Assembly (NCBI GenBank): GCA_002104905.1
Contig: MCFE01000260.1
Span: forward strand, 1-64,000
From: Basidiobolus meristosporus CBS 931.73
Lineage: Eukaryota > Fungi > Basidiobolomycota
Direction: 5' to 3'
Length of the DNA: 64,000 nt
Made by a program: the position numbers and the translations under genes. The notes under the pieces are model-generated. The model was not told the origin of the DNA. It did not search any database and was given only the letters and a program-made list of their open reading frames with translations. Of this stretch, positions 13,398-24,529 are shown in pieces. Position 1 is the first letter of the stretch. Each line of letters starts with the position of its first letter.

Positions 13398-14032
13398 ATG
13401 GTTAGTAGTCTTGGCGTCCCCGTTTGTTACTCCCCTCCCCCGTGCAGATAGGTGATGTGGCAGACGACAGAGGATCACGCGAGGAGTCGGACCGGTCGGT
13501 TGGGATGGATGCAAGTCAGGCAGCAGATGGATTCTGTTGACCTATGTTCCCACCACCACCACCATACGCCTACCCACCCCAACTTCACCCCGTTCCATGT
13601 GCCCATGATACTCATCTCGTTGTATATCTCCCATAGGCCGACGCCACCGTAACCATTCGCACCCGTAAATTCCTCACCAACCGACTCTTGCAACGCAAGC
13701 AGTTCGTGGTCGACATCCTCCACCCCGGCAAGGCCAACATCAGCAAGGACGAGCTCCGCGAGAAGCTCGCCAAGATGTACAAATCCGACAAGGAGAACGT
13801 CTTCTGCTTCGGCTTCCGTACCGTCTTCGGTGGGGGCAAGTCCACCGGGTTCGCCTTGATCTACGACTCCTTGGACTCGGCCAAGAAGTTCGAGCCCAAG
13901 TACCGTCTGGTCCGTCACGGCCTCGGCGAGCACGGTATCACCTCCCGCAAGCAACGCAAGGAGCGCAAGAACCGTCTCAAGAAGTTCCGTGGTACCGCCA
14001 AGACCAAGGGCCCCAAGACCAAGTCCGAGTAA
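13398..14032 (+). CDS. RPS24: 40S ribosomal protein S24 (eS24), 132 aa; join(13398..13400,13637..14032)
   Basis: [32 protein letters not shown]...[20 protein letters not shown]...[12 protein letters not shown]...[10 protein letters not shown]. The first exon is the ATG only, then intron GTTAGT...CCATAG. AATAAA at ~14105. Confidence 0.97.
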
Positions 14033-14614
14033 TCGTATCCCTACTCGTACTCGTCTAGTTCAGTTGGCGATGCTTGCGACCATCCCCGCCGTTCATATGG
14101 TCCCAATAAAGAGTTTTGGACTTTCCCTAACCCCGTAGCCTATTGATTTCATGCAAGATCTCGCTAAACGACCGGGACCGGACGCCCCCCTCTCAGTAAC
14201 TAATGGACAAGCGACGCATGAGAGCTGGGCAGTGGATGGTAGCAACGATAGGTAGACCAAATAGTTCCGACAACGGGTAGGCTTTTGAATGGGTGGGTTA
14301 CCCGTGGTGTTCTTGGATATTACTTATCGTAGATGAATCGCACAATTGGACCCGGAATGGATGGTGGGAGATTGTGATCAACCTTAGGGACCAACGACGT
14401 TCCCGCCATCCCGAGAGGCCCGAGGTTACCCAAGTGAAATGTTGGTCATCCATGCTGGTAACAGAATCCCTCAGTACTAACCTGATCATCTTTCCCTGGG
14501 AAAGTGAAAGTGCCCAGAAAAAGAGTGGACTTAGTGCACTATGACCTCAATGGCGGAGTTGATGGAACGTTTAGGTGTAAACACGTATTCACAACATTGT
14601 GGTAGTCAGGGGTT

Positions 14615-14770
14615 TCCTCTTACATAGGACTACCATACTAATCACCCAAATGGTATTCCTCCTTTTTACCCTCCCTTGTACTGTTCATATATTGCATTAT
14701 AAGATCATTCCATTCTATAATCCCCCCACTATTTTCATGGGTATTCCATAAATAGCTTGAATTAAATGAT
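14615..14770 (-). mobile_element. Short fragment of the CACTA-like family (right-hand internal region), approximate
   Basis: Reverse complement resembles 51310-51450, 60260-60400 and 26100-26240. Confidence 0.45.
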
Positions 14771-15691
14771 GCTCTTGTCTCCTGGTTATTAACTTTGAAG
14801 TGTACCAAGAACTTGTTATCTGTAAGCAAGGCCACATCAGAAGGACTTGTTCCGGTTTTGACAATCCTGAATGCCAGATTACTGACCAGGTGGTACCCAT
14901 TTTGCCTTAGGCACCAAAGATCAGAATCACCACAAGCTGACTTGTACTCCATCCTTAAGTGGGATGAAATATCTGATCAGTTTTATTGATGGTTATGCAA
15001 GATACATGCGAGTCTACTTCATGGAAAGAAAGGAAGAAGATCTGTCTAAGTTCAGGGAGCTTATGCTGAAACCAGTGAAAAAATCAAGTAAATATGCTCT
15101 GACAATGGTGGAGAATATACCTCAGAACTCTTCATCAATGTAAATTCATGGGATAAAGCAAGAGACTACTGTACCATACTCCCCACAGCAAAATGGAGTG
15201 GCAGAATGTGCAAACAGACCAATAATCAAGGTGGCAGGATCTTTGATCTGTGATCAAGAATTATCCTGTGATTTTTGGGCAGAATCAGTGCCACTGCTGT
15301 ATACATTAAGAATAGCACTTATTGCAGAATACTTTGTGATTCTACTCCATTTGAGGCAGGGTGTGGATACAGATCAAGTGCAGAACATCTAAGAATATTT
15401 GGGTGTACAGCATATGCCAAGAAACTGCCTGGAAATCAGTCAAAATTTGAGCCAAAAAGTGTAAAATGCTTATTTTTGGGCTACTGCAATGAGAGTAAGG
15501 CATACAGGCTATACAATACCAAAGCAAAGAACTTGTGCAAGTCCAGGGATGTGTCATTTGATGAAAGTTCAAAATTTTCACAAAAAATGACTTCAGATAA
15601 TCAATAAAATCTATTCTCAAGTCCACCAGGAGTCAGGATGGAATCAGAGTAAAATAGTGTCAGTTATTTCACTCTAGAGCGCTCTACATCT

Positions 15692-16040
15692 TGTTGTAAA
15701 AATTCGTATTTCCACCTAAATATTCACCTAACTTAGTCACTTAGATCATCACCTTCAAATCTTAGAGAATACTGACCAAATTCCTTGTTGGGATTTACTT
15801 GGAATATTTTCACCAAAATACCAGGTACCCAGAACATGAAAATTTGATAAGTTGTCCAAACAGCCCCAAACTTTGCACACATGTTCTTGGGACCTTCCTT
15901 AACCTATTCTACGTGTTTGTAATGCCAAGACCAGGTAAAAGTATAAGTACTACTTTTACATTCAATAAATCATTAAGTGAAAACCACATAATCTACTTGT
16001 TCTCCAAATCACTTCCAATATCTCCAAGACTCTTAGAACA
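15692..16040 (+). repeat. 5' LTR of copia-A
   Basis: Direct repeat of 20027-20375; TATA-like element at ~15942 and AATAAA at ~15964. Confidence 0.95.
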
Positions 16041-16054
16041 GGTTATGAGCCCTG
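16041..16054 (+). promoter_or_regulatory. Primer-binding site, half-tRNAiMet (Ty5/copia) type
   Basis: GGTTATGAGCCCTG directly after the LTR. It is complementary to the initiator-tRNA anticodon stem-loop, not to a tRNA 3' CCA end. Confidence 0.85.
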
Positions 16055-19000
16055 AGCTGTCACTCTCTGCAATGTCTACTACTGCTATTACTGGAATTTT
16101 TCCCTCTGCTGAAAAGTTGGATGGATCTAACTACCAAGTGTGGAAGGTGAAGATGAAGATGCTGCTACAAGAAAGAGGCCTTTGGGATATTGTCATGGGA
16201 GAAGAATGCCCTCCTAAAAACGTGGGAGAGGAAGCCTTAAAGTACCAGAAGAAAGAACAGAGTGCCTTTAACTGCATTTGCCTTAATGTCAAGGACAAAT
16301 TGCTAATTCAATGCTCAAGAGCAAAAACAGCAAAGAATGCCTGGAAGGCATTAGAAGACACCTACCAGTCATGTTCAGCTGCCAAGAAAATGTATCTGAG
16401 AAGAAAATTCTTTACTACAAAGATGCTGCCAGGAGAAGAAATGAAAAATCTAATTAACAGAATTACCCTGCTGGTAGATGAGATGGAATCTGTGGGCATA
16501 CCAACTACTGATGAGGATGTGATAGTTACCATCCTGAATAGCCTGACAGACGAGTTTCAGGGCCTTGTATCAGCCCTAGAGTCCAGAACTGAAGATTTGA
16601 CCTTAAATTACGTATATGGAAGGCTCCTGGATGAAGAATTAAGAAAATCAAGCGCCAATAAGAAGGAAGAAGAAAATGCTTTAATAAGCAATGATAACCA
16701 ACAAAGAAGGTACCCAAGATGCTACAAAGGCAACAGCAACCTGTTTTGTAACTACTGCAAAAGGAAAGGACACACATCAGACCAGTGTCTCAAAAAGAAA
16801 GATAATCAGCAAAAGAAGCCTGAATATGGAAATGCTGCAACAACTGAAGATAGACTATTCATATCTGCACTAAATATGACCACAAACAAGGATTCTCAGA
16901 TGTGGTATATTGACTCTGGAGCTTCTCAACACTTTACACACCAAAAAGAACTTTTTACCCAATATCAAGAAATTCCAATTAAGAAGGTTTTCATGGGTGA
17001 CAATAGAACACTTGATGCAGTGGGAGAAGGAACTATCCAAGTAAACCTTAGAAGCAGTGAAGGAAGCCATACACTGACCTTTAAAGAAGTACTCTATGTA
17101 CCAGAAATAGCCAAGAACCTACTCTCTGTAAGCAAGGCCACAGCAGAAGGACTCAGTTTCAGTTTTGACAATTCTGGATGCAGGATGACTGATCAAAATG
17201 GTGCCCATATTGCTTCGGGCATCAGAGATCAGAATCTATACAAGTTGACTTATATTCCATCATATCTGGAAGCCAATATAAGTAACTTAAATGAAGAAAC
17301 ACCAATGCTTTGGCACAGGAGATTTGGACACATCAATTTTGATTATTTGCGTAAAATGATCAAAGATCAGCTAATTTCTGGAGTGAAAATTGATCCCCCA
17401 GCTAATTTGGAGCACTGTGAAGCCTGCATATATGGGAAACAAGCCAGACAACCGTTCAAGAGCTCTGGGTTAATCAAAACTAAGAAAAAATTAGATCTAA
17501 TTCACTCAGATCTGTGTGGACCTATGCAAAATTTATCCTTAGGCGGGATGAAGTATTTAACACTTTTATTGATGATTATACAAGATACACATGGGTCTAC
17601 TTCATGGAGAGAAAGGAAGAAGCTCTGTCTAAGTTCAGGGAGTTTAAAGCCATGGTGGAGAGAGAAACTGGTGAAAAAATCAAGAAAATACGCTCTGACA
17701 ATGGTGGAGAATATACCTCAAAACTCTTCATCCACTTCTGCAAAATTCATGGGATAAAACAAGAGACTACTGTACCATACTCCCCACAGCAAAATGGAGT
17801 AGCAGAACAAGCTAACAGATCAATAATTGATATGGCAAGATCTATGATCCATGATCAAAAATTATCCTATGATTTTTGGGCAGAATCAGTTGCCACTGCT
17901 GTATATCTTAAAAATAGGAGTTATAACAGAATACTTCGTGATTCTACTCCATTTGAAGCATGGTATGGATACAGACCAAGTGCAGAACATCTAAGAATAT
18001 TTGGGTGTACAGCATATGCCAAAAAACTGGCCGGAAATCAGTCAAAATTTGAGCCAAAAAGTGTAAAATGCATATTTTTGGGCTACTGCAATGAGAGTAA
18101 GGCATACAGACTCTACAATACCAAAGCAAAGAAGCTGATCAAGTCCAGGGATGTGTTGTTTGATGAAAATTCAAAATTTTCACAAAAAATGACATCAGAT
18201 GATGACGAAAATTTGATCTCAAGTCCACCAATTGTCAGGATTGAATCAGAGCAAAACAATGAAAATTTTTTCACTCCAGAGGACTCTACAACCGTGGTTC
18301 AGCCAGAATCAGTGCCTAGGAATATCCCAGAAGTGATCATTCCAGTATCAAATGCCCGGAGATCCAATCAGACAAGAAATAGCCCAAATTACTATATCAA
18401 TGAGGGTACAAACTTAGCCTATGCCTATTCAGTCCATGTTGATGAACCCCAGACTGTAAAAGAGGCCCTAAATAGCTCTCAGACAAAGTTTTGGAGATCT
18501 GCAATGACTGAGGAATATCAGGCCCTGATGGAAAATCAAACTTGGGACTTAGTCAAATTACCAATCAACCGAAAATCAATTGGATGCAGATGGGTCTTTA
18601 AGACAAAATACAAGGCTGATGGTACAATTGAAAGATACAAAGCAAGACTTGTAGCCAAAGGATACTCTCAAACAAAAGGACTTGACTATACTGAGACCTT
18701 TGCACCGGTAGCCAAGTTTAATTCCATCAGATTAATATTGGCTATTGCAGCCAAATATAAGTTTTTTATTCATCAAATGGATGTAAAAACTGCATTTTTG
18801 AATGGAGAACTTGATGAGGACGTGTATATGGACCAGCCTGATGGGTTTGTTGACCAAGATAACCCCCATTTGGTCTGCAAGCTTAAAAAGTCACTATATG
18901 GTCTCAAACAATCACCGAGAGCCTGGAATTGCAAGATAGATTCTTATTTGGAATCTTTGAGTTTCAAAAGGAGTAATGCTGACTATAGTATATACTATAA

Positions 19001-20015
19001 GCCAGATAGAGCAAATCCAGTTCTATTAGCTCTATATGTGGATGATCTTATTATAGCTGCCAATAACCTAGAAACATTGGAAGAGACTAAATCCAGCCTA
19101 TCTAAGGAGTTCAAGATGTCCAATCTAGGAGAACTTAGTTACTACTTAGGGATTAAGTTCTCCATAGACAGAAGTACCCAGACTATTACCCTAAGCCAAT
19201 CCAAGTATATTCAAGATATACTAAAGAAGTACAAAATGGAAGACTGTAAACCGGCAGCTACCCCAATGGAGACAAACCTTAACTTGGTCAAAACTCAACC
19301 AAATCAAGAGAGCTTGGTGCCATCTGAAAGCCCTGACTTTCCTTATCAATCTATGGTCGGCAGTCTGATGTATATCATGCTTGGAACACGTCCAGATATC
19401 TCATATTCAGTGGGAGTTGTCAGCCAACATAATCAGAACTATGGATCTGATCATATTGCAGCAGTTAAGCGGATTTTTAGATACCTAAAAGGAACTGCTG
19501 ATATCTGCTTAAGATACACTTATAAGGATTCAGAACAGGATCTTGTGGGATACTCTGATGCTGATTGGGGACGAAATTTGGAAGACAGAAGATCCACCAC
19601 AGGATACACCTTTCTTTACTGTAAAGGGGCAATTTCATGGAATTCAAGAAAGCAACCAACCGTAGCACTTTCTACTACAGAGGCAGAGTATATGGCAGCC
19701 TGTGAAGCTACAAAAGAAGCAATGTGGCTAAGAAAGCTGTTTACAGATTTAGGCCTATATCAAAAAACGCCTATTACTTTATTTCAAGATAATCACGGAT
19801 GTATACAATTAGGTAGAAATCCAACTTTTCATGCTAGAACCAAGCACATAGATATTAGACATCATTTCATACTTGAAGCTATAGAGAATAACTTAGTTAG
19901 CTTAGTTTACTGTTCTACAGATGAAATGATTGCAGACATATTTACCAAACCATTAGCTAGAGACAAGTTTGAATATCTTAGGTCAAAATTAGGACTAGTC
20001 AGTATGAACATTTAG
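16045..20015 (+). pseudogene. Copia gag-pol polyprotein with one 1-bp deletion at ~17560
   Basis: Gag N-terminus LDGSNYQVWKVKMKMLL, zinc knuckle CNYCKRKGHTSDQC, protease WYIDSGAS, pre-integrase WHRRFGH, integrase IHSDLCGP...IRSDNGGEY...PQQNG, RT LALYVDD, RNase H YSDADW...AEYMA. The frame switches between the 15799..17757 and 17514..20015 ORFs. Confidence 0.92.
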
Positions 20016-20017
20016 CT

Positions 20018-20026
20018 GAGTGGGAG
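20018..20026 (+). promoter_or_regulatory. Polypurine tract of copia-A
   Basis: GAGTGGGAG directly before the 3' LTR. Confidence 0.85.
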
Positions 20027-20375
20027 TGTTGTAAAAATTCGTATTTCCACCTAAATATTCACCTAACTTAGTCACTTAGATCATCACCTTCAAATCCTAG
20101 AGAATACTGACCAAATTCCTTGTTGGGATTTACTTGGAATATTTTCACCAAAATACCAGGTACCCAGAACATGAAAATTTGATAAGTTGTCCAAACAGCC
20201 CCAAACTTTGCACACATGTTCTTAGGACCTTCCTTAACCTATTCTACGTGTTTGTAATGCCAAGACCATGTAAAAGTATAAATACTACTTTTACATTCAA
20301 TAAATCATTAAGTGAAAACCACATAATCTACTTGTTCTCCAAATCACTTCCAATATCTCCAAGACTCTTACAACA
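20027..20375 (+). repeat. 3' LTR of copia-A
   Basis: Direct repeat of 15692-16040. Confidence 0.95.
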
Positions 20376-20489
20376 CATCTGTGGTTCAGCTTGGCTCAGT
20401 GCCCACAAATATCCTAGAAGTGATCATTCCAGTATTACAAGCCAGGAAATCCAATCAAACCAGAAATAGCCCAAATTACTATATCAATG

Positions 20490-20839
20490 TGTTGTAAGAG
20501 TCTTGGAGATATTGGAACTGATTGGGAGAACAAGTAGATTATGTGGTTTTCACTTAATGATTTATTGAATGTAAAATTAGTACTTATACTTTTACCTGGT
20601 CTTGGCATTACAAACACGTAGAATAGGTTAAGGAAGGTCCTAAGAACATGTGTGCAAAGTTTGGGGCTGTTTGGACAACTTTGAGAATTTTCATGTTCTG
20701 GGTACCTGGTATTTTGGTGAAAATATTCCAAGTAAATCCCGACAAGGAATTTGGTCAGTATTCTCTAGGATTTGAAGGTGAAGATCTAAGTGACTAAGTT
20801 AGGTGAATATTTAGGTGGAATTACAAATTTTTTACAACA
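20490..20839 (-). mobile_element. Young solo LTR of copia-A, inverted
   Basis: Reverse complement of LTR-A with few differences. Flanked by CAATG/CAAAG, an imperfect 5-bp TSD inside the old host pol. Confidence 0.92.
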
Positions 20840-21069
20840 CAAAGAAAGTACAAACATGGCCTATGCTTATTCAGTCCATGTTGATGAGTCCCAGACTGTG
20901 AAAGAGGCCCTAAATAGCCCTCAGACAAAGGCTTGGAGGTCTGCAATGACCAAGGAGTATCAAGCCCTGATGGAAAATTAAACTTGGGACTTGGAAAATT
21001 ACCAATCAACCCAAAATCAGTTGGATGCAAAAGGGTCTTCAAGACAAAGCACAATGTCTTGACAATGTC

Positions 21070-21837
21070 TTGGGCATGGGTACACCTTTTTCTCTTTACC
21101 TTTGCCTTTATCACTGCCAAGTCTTTCACAGCTACTTCAACTGAGGGCTTTTTATACTGTACTCTGTTTTCTCCTTGATGAGTGCTGCACTGATGAATCT
21201 GTTTTTGCCTGCTTGTCCCTTGCAGCCACTCTCCTGGCAACCTGATGTTTCTTTGCCTCTTGCTTGGAACTTGTAACCATGCTTGTGAGAGGCTTGTGAG
21301 AAAGCTGTGGGTTTTTATCACTGACAAGTCTTTAACTGCTGCTGTAACTGAGTACTTCTTGTATTGAACTATGTTTTCTCATTGATGAATGCTGCACTGG
21401 TGCATCTGCTTCTGCCTGCCTGTCCCTTACTGGCACTCTTCCAGCTGCCTGACATTTCTTTGCTGCTTGTTTGGAGCTTTCAGTCCTGCTTGTGCCAAGC
21501 TTTTGAAGAAACCACTAGTTTTTAGCCATGGCACCCTTGTTGTTTTGCCTTTGATAGCTTCTGCTATACTCAAGATACTTTTTATAACACTTAGCATACC
21601 AATGCTGGCCCAAAATCTATTTGCTTGCTTGAATCTAGGATAACTTTCATGGAACAGGTTGAGCATGTTCTGTTTGGCCTTAAGTCCCTGATGGTCCCAT
21701 GGTATGCTGGTATTAAGGTAATGCCATGCTAGACTTCTAAAGGCCTCTTGAATATCAGCCCACTCTTCATCATTGCACTCAATGGCTTCATAGATCTTCA
21801 ATGTCTTTTGATTTCTAGGCTTAGGTATAAACCCCAC
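21070..21837 (-). pseudogene. Accessory ORF of the CACTA-like element, divergent from the transposase, broken
   Basis: ORF 21427..21837 (EEWADIQEAFRSLAWHYLNTSIPWDHQ...YPRFKQANRFWAS) continues into repeated basic segments. Homologous sequence lies inside the CACTA copy at ~59735-60030. Function not recognised. Confidence 0.5.
21107..21520. repeat. Two diverged tandem units of ~208 bp
   Basis: Units start TTTATCACTG(C/A)CAAGTCTTT at ~21107 and ~21314 and are colinear throughout. Confidence 0.7.
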
Positions 21838-22197
21838 AGTCTCTCCCTCCCATGCTGTGATAGGTTTTTCTGTGGGCTTTATCTTTGGGCACAGTTATTG
21901 TGCTTCAAAGACAGCATACATATGGAAGTGAACCAAACCAAAGGGGAAATACATTACATATGCATATGTATGTGGTGCCACAAATTTATTTAAAATGCTT
22001 GGTATGGCAGGTCATCAATGAATCTTACATACATGTAGGTGCAATAACTCAAATACATGACTCTCTTAAATACATGAGTATTGACATAAAAGTGAAATAA
22101 TAGAGTTATGTTGTTGAATGCCTAACTGTTTGCTCCATGGAGAAGACCACCTCAATTCAACACTGTGAGAGAAGAGAAAAAAGACCATGTGGCTATT

Positions 22198-22959
22198 AGA
22201 CTTGTTCCATTGGATAGCACCACATTGAGCCATGAGTGCCAAATGAACCTACATTGAGCCATGAGTGCCAAATGATGCCATAGTGTGGCAGGGAGGCCAA
22301 GTGAGCCTATACTTGGCCACAGAGTGTGAAACATAGGTATGCATCTTCATGCAAAGCAGCCCCTGTGTTTCACCTATGATGCAGGAGAAAATCCATTTTT
22401 TGACCTTTTTTTTAGGTCAATGTTGTGCAGGATGTGTAAGAGCACAGAAGAACTGAAGACATGCATCAGGTACTCAATGCCCATGGCACTGTGAATCTAA
22501 CCCCTGTGGCTTGCAACATGTCACAAAAATGCATGGCACTATCTTGGTCCACTGGTACTATGTGGCACTATTAGTGCTTTGTATAGATCTTACTTTAGGG
22601 CTAATAATTAAATATAGTGCCAGATAGTACCAGTGGACCAAGATAGTGCCATGCATTTTTGTGACATGTCACAAGCCACAGGAGCTAGATTCAGAGTGCC
22701 ATGAGTATTGAGTACCTGATGCATGTCTTCAATCCTTTTGTGCACTTACACATCCTGCATAACACTGACTTAAAAACAAAGGTCAAAAAATGGATTTTCT
22801 CCAACACTATTGGAGAAACACAGGGGCTGATTTGCATGAGGATGCAGATTTATGTTTCACACTTTGTGGCCAAGTATATGTTTATTTGGCCTCCCTGGCA
22901 CACTATGGCATCATTTGGCACTCACAGCTCAATGTGGCACTATCCAACAGAACAAGTCT
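22198..22959. mobile_element. Palindromic (foldback) MITE of the PHIS family, 762 bp
   Basis: Ends AGACTTGTTC...GAACAAGTCT; TSD ATT (22195-97, 22960-62); ~345-bp inverted arms around a ~42-bp spacer. Confidence 0.93.
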
Positions 22960-24318
22960 ATTGTAACAAACCTCTCAGCTATGAAGCATGCAGACAGCAT
23001 AGAAAGTATTACAATGATTACAGCCAGTGTTTTCCAACACAAGTCATGTTTGATCATTCATCAGTCTCTACTGTACCAACAATATCTTGCCAGCCACTTG
23101 ATAATTCAATAAGGTTACCTAGCCATACTTGTGACCTTGTGCAAACTGAGTCAGATGAGTTTGTGACACCTTTAAGCTCACCTCAGCCTTCTGAATATGA
23201 TATGCAGAGTGATAGCACTGAAGAAGAAGACTTGCTGCTTAATTGTGAGCCTATCTTTTCTAACAACAGTACCCTGCATGAGTCTGGCAAAATCCCAAAA
23301 TGCAATGAGACAACACCTGTGTAAAGAAATGCCAAGGATACTTTATGCAGGCAAGTGAGCCCAGTAATCCATCTACTGGTGAATGATATAATGTTGTGGC
23401 TAGAAAATTGGTGTGTTTCCACTAATATTAGTAATTGGCCTTTGAGGATTTACTACTACTTCTTGCCAAATCATTCAGGGATGCAACTTACAATGTACAT
23501 GGTACTAATAGAAGACTGTCATGCGGCTAGCAATATATGGCCCAGAGACCGTCCTGATACCAGGATGTGTTGATAGTTACATTGCATTCACATCTGATAA
23601 TGCTACTGTTGTAATGTATCCAAATTACCAGGAGTCCTCCAGCATTAGAGGAGAACATTGTTCACACTCTCAATATATTCCAGTTATACCTCAGCTAGAG
23701 AAGCTGATGCAGTCCAACAAATATTGTGAAGCTGTAAAGTATCACTCTCAGTATCATACAAGTGCAAAAATTTCAATGTATTTGATGGCAAACATTACAA
23801 ACAAGTAAGAAGCAAGGGCTACATTGAAGGTGTTTATGACCATGCCTGTGCCTTGGCACTTGATGGATTCTAACCAAATAAGTACTGTACCAGCAAATCC
23901 TGCTGGTCACTGATTCTCATCACCCTGACTCTGCCCCCTATCTTATGGCATCATAGCAGAAATCGCATGGTAGTCTTACTGGTATCTGGTCCAAATTGCC
24001 ATCCAACCTGGATAGCTAACTGTATCCATTGCTAGAAGAATTTTGTGAGCTTTCTAGTGAGATATTACTAGATGACCATCATATCAAAGCACATATTACA
24101 AGCTGCATTAAAGATATCCCAGCCATCAGCAAGATAACCAGCTTTCTAGGCACAATGGATGGTATTTTTGTCAAATGTGTAAGATCCAGGAGTTTTACTC
24201 CATAACTCACACACAGTGTTATTATCCAAGTACCTACACCAATAACATCATATTCCCACAGAGAAAATGAACAGAAGTCAGCATGCCATTGTAGCAAAGT
24301 TGGCAAGCTATAGCCATT

Positions 24319-24529
24319 GGACTTGTTCCATCATTCCAGCTGATCATAGTGCCCAACAGTGCCATAGCATGCCAGATGGTGCTGGATCATGCCGCAGAGT
24401 GCCAGATGGTGCCATACAGTGCCAATTTGGGATCAAAATTGACATGCATATGACCCTAAAGTATCAAATTAATAACAAAATATACAGCACTTTCTGGCAC
24501 TATGATCAAGGGCACAATGGAACAAGTCT
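24319..24529. mobile_element. Short MITE of the same PHIS family, 211 bp
   Basis: Ends GGACTTGTTCCAT...ATGGAACAAGTCT; TSD ATT (24316-18, 24530-32); repeated AGTGCC/GGCACT motifs inside. Confidence 0.85.

Larger units (their letters stand above)
15692..20375 (+). mobile_element. Near-intact Ty1/copia LTR retrotransposon (family A), 4684 bp
   Basis: 349-bp LTRs (15692-16040, 20027-20375) with TG...CA ends and 5 mismatches by eye. Perfect 5-bp TSD CATCT (15687-15691, 20376-20380). PBS and PPT present. Domain order gag-PR-IN-RT-RH. Confidence 0.97.
14800..21055 (+). mobile_element. Old, deleted copia-A pol copy acting as host for two younger insertions (host pieces ~14800-15691, 20381-20489, 20845-21055)
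   Basis: The pieces align in order to 17100-18600 of the intact element and rejoin across both insertions. Confidence 0.8.

Noticed and set aside
13401-13636. Intronic snoRNA or micro-exon in RPS24
   Set aside because: No matching box C plus box D pair or H/ACA hairpins visible; the CAG-ATAG-GTG micro-exon would break the frame.
13475-13954. 159-aa minus-strand ORF over RPS24
   Set aside because: Antisense shadow.
15799-16044. 82-codon N-terminal extension of gag through the LTR, also seen as ORFs at 20134 and 20435
   Set aside because: TTG start upstream of the LTR TATA-like box; the frame is broken in the diverged LTR copies at 1593 and 63685; the three open copies are near-identical and not independent evidence.
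17514-17580. Programmed ribosomal frameshift in copia
   Set aside because: It lies inside the integrase core rather than at the gag/pol junction, and a paralogue in the window has the extra base.
22701-23324. 207-aa ORF as a novel gene
   Set aside because: Chimera of MITE arm sequence and the CACTA transposase N-terminal region.
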